This document shows, one piece after another, positions 38,641 through 50,947 of a stretch of 64,000 nucleotides of DNA; within the stretch, counting starts at the first letter, position 1; the number at the start of each line of letters is the position of its first letter. Origin of the DNA: Tubulanus polymorphus (taxonomy: Eukaryota; Animalia; Nemertea). The DNA lies in assembly GCF_964204645.1 (NCBI RefSeq), contig NC_134032.1, positions 7,180,275 through 7,244,274 on the forward strand. Direction: 5' to 3'. The position numbers were made by a program, and so were the translations under genes. The notes under the pieces were generated by a model. It was not told the DNA's origin and searched no databases. It saw nothing but the letters and a program-made list of their open reading frames with translations.

Positions 38641-38732
38641 TCAATACAGGGATGAGTTTGAACTCCTGAAAGGTAAGAATGCATTGGCTACATTTTACAT
38701 GTGATTATATTAAATGTCACCTATTTAGTTAC

Positions 38733-41107
38733 CTTAACTGTTCTTTCAACTATATAGTATGGCAATGGCTTCTCTAGGTAGTCATGATCCAGTGTGGCCG
38801 TTTGAAGGTCTGCCTTGTCATACATATCTAATTGGGAGATCTTTATTTGTTAAACTACAGTAATTTAACACCAGTGACCGCACTCTGTCCTTATAACCAT
38901 CAACATTCCTGCATTTTACTGGTCTTGGGTCCTCCAAGTTTGCATCATGTTTCCTCCCTGGTAAATCTTGAGCTTTAATTGGTGAGCCTAAAATATAAAT
39001 CCATACATTCTGTTCAGTTCTGTCTCAAGAGGATGCACCCCCTAGAATGGTGATGAGAATGGTGATGAGAATGGTGATGAGATTTTATCATCCCTTTCCA
39101 GATGTAGCTATAAATTCACTGACTTAAATGCCTCTATGACATACCTTGGTAATTCTTTTTGGGTTTATGGAATGTCTGAAGATACTCAGTGCAACTTTTG
39201 CCAATGATTAGATCTCCTGTGGCGATTAACTTCTCCAACGCAATAAGTACTGCACCCAGGTGTTTACAAGTACCGTGGGGTCCTTTCCCCGCTGGGCACT
39301 CACAATGTGAGTTCTTTATGTCAGCTGTTTGCCCACAAATCATTATCTTGTAGTTGTAGCTAACCTGTAAAATGAAACAAGTGTTTCGAGTTTGATGTAT
39401 TGTCTTTAGATATCATAATTATTTAAGGTTAGAATATTTGATACGAGTTTGACAATTCAAAAATCTTTCCTTTTTCTTCATTGCTGCTGCTACGATGCCA
39501 CTAAGATATATTTTCTCTCTAGTTACTTTAAAACTACAGGCATCCACCCTTCTTGATTCTACCAATAGCTTGTCTTTGTCAGGGCCTTTATATCTCCTGC
39601 CATCAAATTGTCATTAACCTGTCGGTATTTGAAATAGCCAACAATTTGTTCTGTGGTCAGTTATGGTAACAGGGCTTTATGATCAGCAATTAACTGTCTA
39701 AACCCATCTGATGACCATTCAATTGGTTGTTCGCAGGCAAATTAATCACATTCTCGAAGTTTGCATTTCTGTCATAGGCCAAAAGTCTGGAAAAGATATC
39801 AAAATGATTAAAAATTGTGGATTGGTGGCTAGAAATTGCAAGGGTTCAATGGATTTTTCTAATTTAAGATTTATTTTGAAACACTTTTCATTCATGTTTT
39901 ATGGCTATGTGTTGAATTTTCATCCTTCATGGTTTAACATAGTTTCTTGACAGGAACAATATACCTTATAGTGCTGCGCCCTTTAGCAAATATTCAAACT
40001 AAATGGACCATGCTCATTGAACAATAGGGTAGGTAGGTTAGTTACATGCTTTAAGTATGCTCAATGGGTGTTCAGTGAATGTGAAGTGTGTAAACCGGTT
40101 CTTTCACAATTTGGGACTTGAATACAAAGGAAAAATGGATTTAATTGTTATTTATGAATGAATGTATGTTATAACCTTTCTATCAAATTTTCTTTCCTCC
40201 CTCTGGTGCTAGCGTGACGTCTCGGAAGCTCCTCTTTTATTCTACTCACAGTCCAATTTTTATTATCAGTCACAGGCACTCGCCGATGGGCTTGGGATAC
40301 AGTTGCTGGGGTTATTGATAGTGTATTTGTGTTTTCACTCATTAATCCGCAATGAATCCGAGAAAAAACGTCTTGGTACTGATACGTTAAACTGTTTAAA
40401 AAGATAATGGCCGCTGGCTCCACACACGGCGACCTCACAAAATACTGAACAAACTTCGTTTTTCAATCTAAAATCAAAACTTTTATTTTGTATGACACTT
40501 ACTAGTGATATGACAGTTATATATCCTATTATTCCATCCGACTTTGAGACACTATCAATTTGTGAAACGTCTTTAGTAAAATAAAAGAAAAGGTAGTTGA
40601 CAAAGCGTGAGCGTATAGGAAAAACTTTACAGGCGTTGAGACGGCAACACTAGGTTGCCACGACGTTCGATGACCTAGGGTTGCCGTCTCAACGCCTGTA
40701 AAGTTTTTCCTATATGCTCACGCTCGCTTCGTCAATTACCTTTTCTTTCATATAACTGAAGACGTTCCACAAATTGATAGTGTCTCACAGTCGGATCGAA
40801 TAATAGGATATATTACTGTCATATCACTAGTAAGTTACTAGTGATATGACAGTTATATATCCTATTATAAGTATAATATAAAATGAAAGTTTTAATTTAG
40901 ATTGAAAAACGAAGTTTGTTAGTGTTATGTGAGGTCGCCGTGCGTGGAGCCAGCGGCCATTAACCTTTAAATGTATCAGTACCAATACATTTTTTTCTCG
41001 GATTTATTGCAGATTAATGAGTGAAAACACAAATACACTATCAAAAACCCCAGCAACTGTATCCCAAGCCAATCGGCGAGTGCCTGTGAATCAGTGTAGG
41101 TAGCCAT
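38733..41107 (-). pseudogene. SAP + SWIM 5' half of the ISL2EU YqaJ gene, multi-exon
   Basis: Removing insertion 40271-41088 and one TSD copy restores MATYTDNKNWTVSRIKEELPRRHASTRGRKENLIERL (SAP). SWIM HCECPAGKGPHGTCKHLGAVL and SCTEYLQTFHKP at 39134-39343. Confidence 0.85.
40271..41088. mobile_element. 818-bp foldback element (near-complete palindrome), P/Galileo-like termini
   Basis: CACAGG...CCTGTG ends; ~390-bp inverted arms around a short spacer near 40657-40672; near-perfect 7-bp TSD tatcagt / aatcagt. Confidence 0.85.
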
Positions 41108-42161
41108 TTTGGAATTTCTCCCCGATGAAACAATGGCGCCATCTGGATTTTGATGACGTCATTGCAGAACCCTATTGAACTGTGAATATAAAAATCTAAA
41201 GGCAAATGCGACCAAGTCGAACAATATGACGTAGTGCGCGCCTATTGGTTCATTCAATTGTTGTGCTAAAAATAACCGCGCACCTGCACAGCGTGACTTG
41301 CTGCATGCTGACTAATTACGGAACAGGACCCGGACTAATGTCAAGTTTTTAGGTACAGAATAAATGGGATTCGAACCAAAACCTAAATAGAACGAAAATA
41401 AACATCTTTTAGCGTTTAGCTATGTTGCAACATTCTTCCTTTTTGACCTTATTAAGAGCTGACGGCTAGTCTAAAAACCCGGAAATGTATCGAGCATTTT
41501 CGATGTTTACGGCCGAAAAAACCTCTCCATTTTGAAGAAATCCAAAGTTGATCACACGCTATCATTAAATGAAAACATAGTTGGCTGATGAAGTACTCGA
41601 TAATGATTGAAACGATGTATCATATACCTATATTCCTTCGGGATTGAAATGAGTAATCATCGATCTTCGTTGTTGGAAACACCACAACATTTATCGCTGA
41701 TTTGGATTTTGTTTGAGTTGGGTTACATTTCACACACTAGCTACTCAAATACGACAAATTTTATGTTAAATATGAAAACATACATAACTAGCATTTTTTC
41801 TGCTTTAAATTTTGATGTATAATTCATCTATTCACCTCAAGAGTATACAATTGAAATCGTGTCATCCGAGGCGCTGACCGTGTTACGATGGTGTGATGAA
41901 GGCCTAATATAACAGTTAGTGGCTACTCACAAAATACTTGAGCCTAGCCTCACAAATATGAAGGCTTCAAATACAGATTCCAAGCCAACGAAAGGCCTAT
42001 ATTCATTGAACTTGTCTTTTAGGAAGTGAATTAGGTCTAAATGTGGTTATCAAGTACGCAGGCCTAGTACTAGTACTAGGCTAGGTCGCCTGAGCCGTGT
42101 AACATAGGCCTAGACCCAGACCGTGGAGCCTAGTTTTAAACTCACTCAGTTTTTTTTCCAT

Positions 42162-42692
42162 TAAGTTACACATTGCCATCCCCCCCCCGTCCCCCAATAT
42201 AATGGCTCCGTCCATGCCTGTAAGTATTAGACCAGCCAGTATAATGAGACAATATCTTCATATTTTAGTGTTGTGTAGTTGATTGGTCGCTGCTCGTGGA
42301 TCCCGCCGTTTAATTTTGCACCTGTGGTGCTCGCGGTAAGTTACACATTGCTCCCCCCCCCTAAATATGTGGATCCATGCCTGAAAGTATTAGACCAGCC
42401 AGTATAATGAGACAATGTCTTCATATTTTAGGGTTGTGTTGTAGCTGATTGGTCGCTGCTTGTGGATCCCGCCATTTAATTTTGCACCTGTGGTGCTCGC
42501 AGTAAGTTACACATTGCTTTCCCCCCTAAAAATTTGGATCCATGCCTGAAAGTATTGGACCAGCCAGTATAATGAGACAATATCTTCATATTCTAGGGTC
42601 GTGTTGTAGTCGATTGGTCTCTGTCTGTGGATCCAGCCATTTTTTTCGCACCTGTGGTGCTCGCTGTGAGTTTCACTGTGCTCCTCCCCCTA
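42162..42692. repeat. Tandem repeat, ~3.2 x 165-175 bp
   Basis: Units starting taagttacacattg at 42162, 42337 and 42503, plus a partial unit at ~42666. Confidence 0.9.
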
Positions 42693-42699
42693 TATTATA

Positions 42700-43780
42700 A
42701 ACTAGGGGTCCAGGGACACCATGCCCACTTGGGAAGTGGTTTCAAATGCTCAACAATCTAACAATTTCAATATTCAACGCCCTCTGGTGACCATATACAA
42801 AACCCAATGACCTTGAAACTCACCACAATCATAGAACATGTCACGAACTATAACTTTGTAATTGATCATGGTAACAAAATATGCCTAGGTACCAATATAA
42901 TAAGGAAATACTAAGTTATTCTACTATTCAACGCCCCCTGGTGACCATATAGAATAACTAATGGCCTTAAAACTTGCCACAATCATAGATGATGTCATGA
43001 GCTACAACTTTGCAATTGATTGTGGTTACAAAATATGCATTGATACGAATATAATATAGAAATACTAAGATATTGCATTATTCAACGCCCCCTGGTGGCC
43101 ATATACAAAAACCAATGACCTTGAAACTCACCACAATCATAGAACACGTTATGAGCTACAACTTTCTAAATGATTGTGGTAACAAAATACGCTTAGGTAT
43201 CAATATAATGTGGAAAAACTTTTTTCCACTTACGAATGAGTACTGCTGGCACCAATATGGCCACCAATTGCGTCATAATTGGCTGATGAAAAATACCTGT
43301 CCCATAGAATACCCATCACAAATTGCAATGAGAAATGATAAACCAGTAGGAAGCTACAGGATTCAGAATTTGGGCCAAAATTAAAATTTTTGGGCACTAA
43401 AAAGGTCATAAGACAGCCATCTTGAGTCCGATCGACCCAATTTTTGTTAAGCTGATGGGCCCTGGGGGAATTCACATATATCCGAAAGATCAAGGTAATT
43501 GATCAAAGCGTCTTCAAAATTTCCCTCAAAAAGTTCAAAAATGTGTAAAAAGTGCTGATTTTGGCAAACAATGGCTGCCAGTCGGCCATCTTGAATCTGA
43601 CAGGGCCAGTTTTTGGGCTGAAGATGTGTCTAGGGTAAATACATGTGTAACCCAAATATCAAGACATTACCTTGAAGCGTCTTCAAAACTTCCCAAAATA
43701 ACTGGATTCCGTCTACGAACGGACGGACGAAAAGTGAACGCAATAGCCCGTTGGGACTTAAGTCCCAAGTCGGCTAAAAA
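42700..43780 (+). mobile_element. Non-autonomous Helentron-type element (HINE/DINE-1/pearl-like) with internal 154-bp tandem repeats
   Basis: 5' subTIR gcccacttggg (42723-42733) complements 3' cccaagtcggc. Three 154-bp units (42771, 42925, 43079). ACGG microsatellite near 43720, 3' hairpin and A-run, no TSD. Confidence 0.85.
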
Positions 43781-45309
43781 TGCTGGTGTGAGAATCTGTC
43801 AGATAAGCCACTGTCTAGTCTAGTACCTAGCCGTTGTTCCTGAAACAACGTCTAGGGCGAAAGTGCTCATATAAGGTTAATTTTCGTCCCTCATTTTGAG
43901 GGACGAGGCTTTGAGCGTCTATTTCACCCCTTAAAACACCATCAACTTACCTCAAACTGACTGTTCTGTAATCAGATGGAAGTTAACTATTGTTTGTGCA
44001 TAAATTTGTAATCCCAAGTAGCTTTTGACTATCATAGTAGCTCAAAACTTTTGACTAGTCACCTCAAAAAACAGTTGAAGTGAAGCAACATAACAAATAT
44101 GGCGGCTTTTCGTGGTGCATGATGGGAGTGTAAATTACGGATTCGAACTTAAACCTGGTGCCAATGCAGAAATTCTTGTTTCAAATTATTAAGGTTAAAA
44201 TTGACCAAAATTTATGCGTTTTATCAACAAAAAATAACATTTAGAGTAATTTTAGAGAGACATATTTTCACATTTTATTAATTTAGCCCGTATTGGAAAT
44301 CCCGATAATGGCAATCAATTCAATTCAAATCAAATCAATAAATTCTCCGGTTCGCGATTTAAATCATCAAAAATTTTATTATAAAACACGTTTTCAAAGT
44401 CAACAAGGTAACTAATTTATTTATTTTAGTACAAAGGTTTGATTTGACACTAAAATCAGTTGTTGCATTGCAATTAACAGGAGTTAACCTCTATATGATA
44501 CTTTAGCGTCAGACGTTGTACGGAACCGTAACAACGACTGGTATTCAGACTAGCCACTATCAATTTTTGGCAAGTATATTTTGGCAAAAGGGGCTGTTTC
44601 AATGAAATCACCATAAAAGGGTAATTGGGAGAACCTCATAAAATCTAGGAATGGGTGATTTTTCATGAAATAGAACGAGCGGTAAAAGTGCAGATCCGCA
44701 CCTCTCCGCGTTAACGGTTCAATCAATTACATTAAATATCATTGTTTCAGATTCAAAATGTCATCAGCAATTCCGAGGAATTCGGTAGGCACTTGTACAT
44801 TTTTTTCAAACAGGAGATAGAGTCCTGAAACCAATTTCATGTGAAAGAGCATGAAAAAACAAAGCCAACGGTATATTTTTTTTCTTTCTAGCTCACCTAG
44901 TAGCGGAAATATTAAAATTTAAGTGTATGGAAATTAGTCACCTTTTGTCTTTGATTTAACTAAGACAAAAGACTGAACAAGAAAATTAACTTTAATAAAT
45001 TATTTGACGCCTGCGAAAAAATGTAGAATTTCTGGGATAAGCTAATGTGGAATTGCAAATTTGAAATCGAAGTTTTAAGAAATTTGGGGAATTATGAGAT
45101 TTGGCGATTGGGTAGATGATACAGTCTTCGACTGGTCTAATTTTTTAAAAAATTGTCAACTTGTGACCGACTTGCCTCTAAGCTGGTCTGCAACTTCATT
45201 GCCTCCATGGTTGAAGAAAGAGCTCTTCTGATGTCTGCTTCATCATGACTTCGAGCATATCGTGTAGCCAGCCGGCCCGGTCCCGGGGCCCGGTTTGGCT
45301 GTCACTCGA

Positions 45310-45501
45310 TATCCTAGACTTGAGTCTGGGTTGAAGTAGACATTGTCATTTAAATAACTTATTCATGTTATTCTGTATGAATTACCCGTGTGTCTTGTAT
45401 TTTGTATTTTCTTAGTTTAAAATTTGTAACTTTATGGAATTTGGGAATTTTATCCCGGAATTTCAATGTAATAAGGATCAATAAAGTATTGAATTGAATT
45501 G
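45310..45501 (+). repeat. Possible LINE/SINE 3' tail inserted inside the 44681-50514 element
   Basis: T-rich tract ending aataaagtattgaattgaattg (polyA signal plus ATTGA microsatellite tail), as in CR1/L2-type 3' ends. Confidence 0.35.
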
Positions 45502-46618
45502 TCACCTTATACACATGCCATCAGTGGACGCGGAGCCGTATATGACAGCTATGCTATTATAAATTGCTAATCTCATGAAACCTGCATACCCCTAATATCG
45601 AACATATTTTCTAAAACATTTGAATATTAAAATTATATGTTTACACGTTTTTATATAGACCGCTTGTAGCCGCCGATGAAATTCACGCCGGCCCTACTCA
45701 GATCGTAGATAGCTTCGTCATTCCACTAGCATCCCCATGACAGGGTCTGACTTTTATATTAGACTTCCAAATCGTGTATACATCCGCCATTTAACCGAAT
45801 AATCCGATTTACTTATCATTTCTATTTATGCCTGCCGCTCCTGATATAATCATACATCATTTACTATTACAATACGTCTTCTCATGATATTCAATGCAAT
45901 ATAACATTCCGACGTTCAAATAGAGGTCATTATATAATCACACGGAGCCATTCTACATCTTTATCAATAATATTTTGCCAAATAGCTTGTGTGTGTACAC
46001 ATAAACCTGTGACGTTTTGCACATCGATTTACGGTTGTCGTTTGTAAAATGACGCTGAATGGTTAGCATTGTTAAGGTTTCATAATGGTAACGTTTTATA
46101 AGGCGTCAAAAAACTGTGATTGTTTTATGAGATTTCTTACTGAAACAGCCATAACTTTTCTCACAGTAAAGATAACTACATGAAATTTTCAGCAGACATA
46201 CATCCAAAGGTTTTCAACCCGAAACAAAATTTTTGAATATCCTTGACCTTGACAAAGGTCACCATGACCTTGAACTTCATATGACCTTCGATGTGAGTTT
46301 CGCGTCTAAAGGGTAGCTGAGCTTTGCAAACATTTCTTTAAGATAACAGTGCCCAGAAAACAAGTTGCAACATCATAACACATCAGTTATACAGAAATTA
46401 GAACAAATAAAGCCAAATTGTGCATTATTTGGCGGCCATATTGGATTTTTATGGCGGCCATATTGAATTAACGATTTCACCCCACCTAACCTAACCATGC
46501 CTTGTAGGGTATCAAAATTTAGGTTTTTAGATTCCAAATCTAACCATTAAAAAACAGAAATAAGGCATGTATGTGGGTATATATATCCACAAGTATTTCA
46601 CCGATTCATACCTTCAAG

Positions 46619-49534
46619 CTAATTAATAAATGTCAGATCTCCAGTCATAAAATCGCAGATGATTTGTGGAACGGTCAGCTTGTAATCTTCAGCATCCTGA
46701 AACGTTTCATTGGCTGTCCAATAAGCAATGCGCACTGTTGGAATTTTAGCTTTGGACTTAGCCCAAACAATCTTTCCCAAATAGGTGGACTGTTCCGCAC
46801 TTTCCAAGTCATGCCAAGAATTTTCAATGAGGCGGTCACTGAGGCTGTTGACATCATTAAGTATTTTGGATATAAGTTCTTTTTTTTCAGCATTACAATC
46901 AAAGTCCTTGAAAAATTGTTCAGGGTCACCATTTTCATACAGTGACCTGATAGCTCTTTCCATTTTTCTACGATGGCTCATATCACACTTTTGCACTTTG
47001 TTGTCACTGCGCTTTTTCCGCTCATTCATTATTGACTTTGACCTTTGTTTGATTATTTTCCTCATGTAGCGAGCACGATTCACACTGAACGCAACAATAT
47101 TTTTTTGTTCAGTTACAGGTTTGCTATCAAGCCATTCTATAGTTTGATTCTGACACGATTTTATCTTGCCATCAAGAAAACCAACAGTGGCGTTCGGAGC
47201 TCGTTTAAAATGATGATCAGCCAAACCCATCACTCTTCCAGCAAACATGTTATGAGTAGGAACAGATTGAGTTTGTTTGAGCAATTCCTCTGAAGGATTT
47301 GCTAAATCACCATTAATATAATCATGTAGCTGACGTTCCAGGACTTCAATGCAACCAGCCATCAAACTGGAAACAATAGAACGAAACAGTTGCTCTTCCT
47401 CAGAATCAGAGAGTGGTGTCCGAAGCGCCATGAATGTCTTGTCTTGAGCGACACCGTCACCAATCAAAATAGTTCCAAAAACATCAGTGTTGGTTCTCAA
47501 CACCATCAATGGGTCATCTTTATAATATTTCAGTTTAGCAATACATGTTTTCATAGATCCACTAGTTTGGAGGTTAGTCAAATTTGCAGTATTGGCATAA
47601 AAGACTTTCATCCATGGTCCAGTCAATAGCTTTCCTATGATACCAAGCACTCTCAGGTGAGTCAAGATCAATGGATTTTTCATATCCTTTAATAGCGCAG
47701 GTTTCAATGGATTACTAACATTACATCTGGTTTCCAGGTAAGTAACTAGTAGATCACGTAAGCTGAAGACAACAGCAGCCAGATGGAATATAACGTGGAA
47801 ACGATTTCCAACATAACGGGGTAATGCACCAGTGCTGAGACCATTTTGAGACAGAAACAGTTTAAATCCACCAGGATCCCCTTTACCTTGTTTGTATCTC
47901 ATTTTTGATAGCCCATATAACAAATTTCCTGCTCTACAGTTGCTACCAAAAGTATAACTTTCAATATCTTGATCAAATTCTTCTTTTAATAACTCACGAC
48001 ATTTACGAGCTACACTTTCTAACGGGTGGACATTACAATTCAAATATAAAAGTTTAATATCCAAATCGGCTTCAAGTGCACGCACTGTAGATCCATTTAC
48101 ATTCACCCTGTCACTGAACGCATTTTTCAAGTGACCGATCACTTTTGATTGTACACTAGATGCTGAAATACTATGATAAGCAGCATAAGTCTGTATGACG
48201 TCATCTAACGAATCTTTTATATGTTGTACATAGTCCCCGGTTTCACCACCAGAAAGGATTCCTATTTGCATAATATAACTAGATGGTGGGACACTACATG
48301 TGTTGATATGTACCTCGTTGACATGCTCACCCGACAGTGATGTTGCATCCCATGAAATGGTAAGATTATCCTCGTTTACTAACACCTCTGCCACCTGAAG
48401 GTCACTGAGGACACCAAGTTCATAGCTGAAATAACTAACAGTAGAAGCATCAGGTTTTTTATCTACTGAATATGGAGTCAGGTTCTTGAGCACACCGTCA
48501 ATAACGTTTCCAACCTGTTCAACGGACACTTGACTCTGAAGACACAAATAAGCTGCCCTTCGAAAAGAATCTGAATAAGTTTTTTTGTCTTTCTTGACAC
48601 TTATAGTTTTAGCAACTGACTGTTCTTCTTCCAGTAACTGTGAATAAGTGTCAACAGAGGTCTGAAGATCTTTAACTTGTTTTTTTAAATCCGAATTCTG
48701 CGATTCTAACCGATCTATTATCAACTGCATCTCTTTTTGTTTTTTTAACAAAATGTCAATTTGAGACTTTGCCGCCAAAATTTCTTTTGAATGTTCACTA
48801 TCATCAAGTTCTGACTGTAACGTTGCAACATTTTTCTCTAAAGCTTTAATCTTACGCTCCTTTTGATTCAGGTTTCCACGTAGAGCTTTAGCCTTAGCAC
48901 GTAAACTGCTTTCAATGTTCTTCTTACGATTAAGTGACTGCTGAACTGTTCTGGGAGACGCTGTAGATTTAAGTTGATATATAAGACTGCGTTTCGACTT
49001 AGAGACCTCCTTAATTGCAATCCGCTGATTCACACATTTGGCACAATCAGTTCAAAATTTTTTTGGAGAAGGCGAGTATGAAGAGCCAAAGTTCATACGA
49101 CGTTTATATGACTGCTGCTCAGATTGTCGCGGAGTGGTGAGAGTTAAATCACTTGTACCTGGCGTAGCTACACTATCTGGAGCCACTGGCACTTCAACAA
49201 TTGGTTCTGTTAAATGAACTCTTGCTGGAAGTTTGAAACGCTCATTGAATAACTGCTCCACTTTCGAAATATCTCTGGTGGGGTTCTTAATTTTCTTGAA
49301 CTTATCAATAGAACGGCCTATGGCAGAGACCAAATTTTTATGATCAGGCAATTGCGCTGGATCACAAACGCAAGTTTTCAGATGATCAACAACTTCGGAA
49401 TTTACAGCGTTTTTTGACTTGGTACCGGTACTTGAAATCTTCTGTTTGAGAAATTGAATGTGCCCATTTTCCAAACATTCTACTGGTTGAGGTGCATCTG
49501 GAGATATAGTATATTGTTCTGTAAGGGCATCCAT
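46619..49534 (-). pseudogene. ~971-aa DDE transposase with N-terminal coiled coil; one in-frame TGA and a probable catalytic E-to-G substitution
   Basis: ORFs 49052-49534 and 46619-49033 are in frame, separated by TGA plus 6 codons. Motifs ISWDAT (D1), FSDR (D2), LNCNVH (CxxH), YVGNRF and THNMFAGRVMG (E position). Splice acceptor ttttacag just before the ATG at 49534. Confidence 0.85.
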
Positions 49535-50232
49535 CTGTAAAATAAAGAAATAAATTTCTCGTAATAAAATAAATGCTTAAATTGCTTTTATTTATACGTT
49601 TTTGACAAAATAGGCCATATAATTTCAGTTTTGAAGATCTGGTTGATATACTCCACTGATTTGTTCATTCAAAAACATAGAAATAAACAGTGTATCAGCC
49701 TAAAAACTCTAGGAAAATAAAGCACGTGTTAATGTTTTTATTTTGGTGTGGTCTAGACCAATCGCAGCACAGTATAGCGGTCACGTGATCAAATCACGAA
49801 AATTGTAAACACCTCAAAAGGCACTTCAAAATCATACTTCAGAAACTTAAAATGATTTCTTTACACCAGTAACAAATTTAAAACACTCAAATTCACTAAA
49901 TAAAAGTGGTTTTGAACAAGTATCATACTATAAATTAATGTAATAAGGAGAATTAATCAGGCCGTTTTCATGTCCAAAATGGCGGATTTCGTCTTCGACC
50001 CGTCTAGACACTTCAATTGGCGGATCACTTTAAGTCAAGTGCGGAATCGATCCCCTCTTAAAAACCACATTTACTAACTTTAAAACACATGACAGTATAG
50101 AGGGCTGGCGTTTTTGAGAAAATGAAACATCACGCAAGTGAAATAATTATCGTTGAACTCACCTTAATTTTTCATGGTTGACGAAAAATAGGAAATACTT
50201 GCTCGATTTTCACAAGACAAAAACGAAAATGT

Positions 50233-50266
50233 CCGCCATCTTAAAAGCTTCCACGTGATGACGTCA
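50233..50266 (-). promoter_or_regulatory. Putative transposase promoter (CRE palindrome + YY1-type motif)
   Basis: TGACGTCA at 50259-50266 and AAGATGGCGG on the minus strand (50242-50233), upstream of a donor aag|gtgagt near 50162. Confidence 0.4.
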
Positions 50267-50947
50267 TCGCGTATCTACGTCATCGGGGTTCCCGGGGAAC
50301 CCGGAAATACCACGGAGTGTTAAAAAAAGCACAATCGATCGATCACAGTTTCGCGTTGTCGAATGTTACACTGTGAGCTGGCAGAATGTACAAGTGCCTA
50401 AATTCGGTACATTTCCATTGGTTAATTTTAATATCTTCAGTAGAAAGATTTTAGCCTGGATTCTGTCATTCTGCAGATTGTCAATCACGAGAGGTGCGGA
50501 TCTGCACTTTTTCCGAACGAGCGTGTGCTACCTTATCCTGAAGGAAGTGGTCCGCCCAGGAGAAAAGACCATTGTTCTTGTTCTTGTTACCACGAAATGC
50601 CACATCCGTCATCGTCGGCAATCCACTCTATTTTCTAGTCTAATTCATGAACAGACTTTGGAGGGTTTGTCCTTATAAAGTAGCCCCATGATTAGGCTAG
50701 GCCTAATTTTAGAGAACAGCATCCGGGCTAGACACAACTTCTACGATTTTTTATAGCCCCAGAGAACCAAAATTAGGCCTATTATCCATCAGTTTTCACC
50801 GTATTTACCATCGATTCGCTTCAACCGCCATGTCGAGAAAGGGCTGGCTCCGGCTTTATTAGAATGAGCGCATCCTCTCCGCTTCAGCACACTGCCATCC
50901 TCGCTTGCCCTAGTCGCCGCACTAATGATAAAAAGGCTAGACAGCCT

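Larger units (their letters stand above)
28842..41176. mobile_element. Second, divergent ISL2EU-type element, expanded by nested insertions
   Basis: THAP-DDE (+) convergent with a SAP-SWIM-YqaJ gene (-) whose halves lie at 30430-30796 and 38733-41107. Probable right terminus tgacgtcattgcagaaccctat (~41154-41175); left terminus not identified. Confidence 0.8.
44681..50514 (-). mobile_element. Full-length autonomous-type TIR transposon (5834 bp) of unassigned family (CxxH-DDE clan)
   Basis: 26-bp TIR GG(T/A)AAAAGTGCAGATCCGCACCTCTC. Perfect 8-bp TSD GAACGAGC (44673-44680, 50515-50522). Inner inverted motif taggcacttgtacatt (~44786) / aatgtacaagtgccta (~50385). Confidence 0.95.

Noticed and set aside
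40271-40438. N-terminal part of ORF-track ORF 40169-40438 as native protein
   Set aside because: It derives from the foldback insertion; the native start is at 41107.
46571-47629. Plus-strand ORFs opposite the 804-aa transposase, and similar antisense ORFs over the other transposases
   Set aside because: Antisense shadows of real coding sequence with no motifs of their own.
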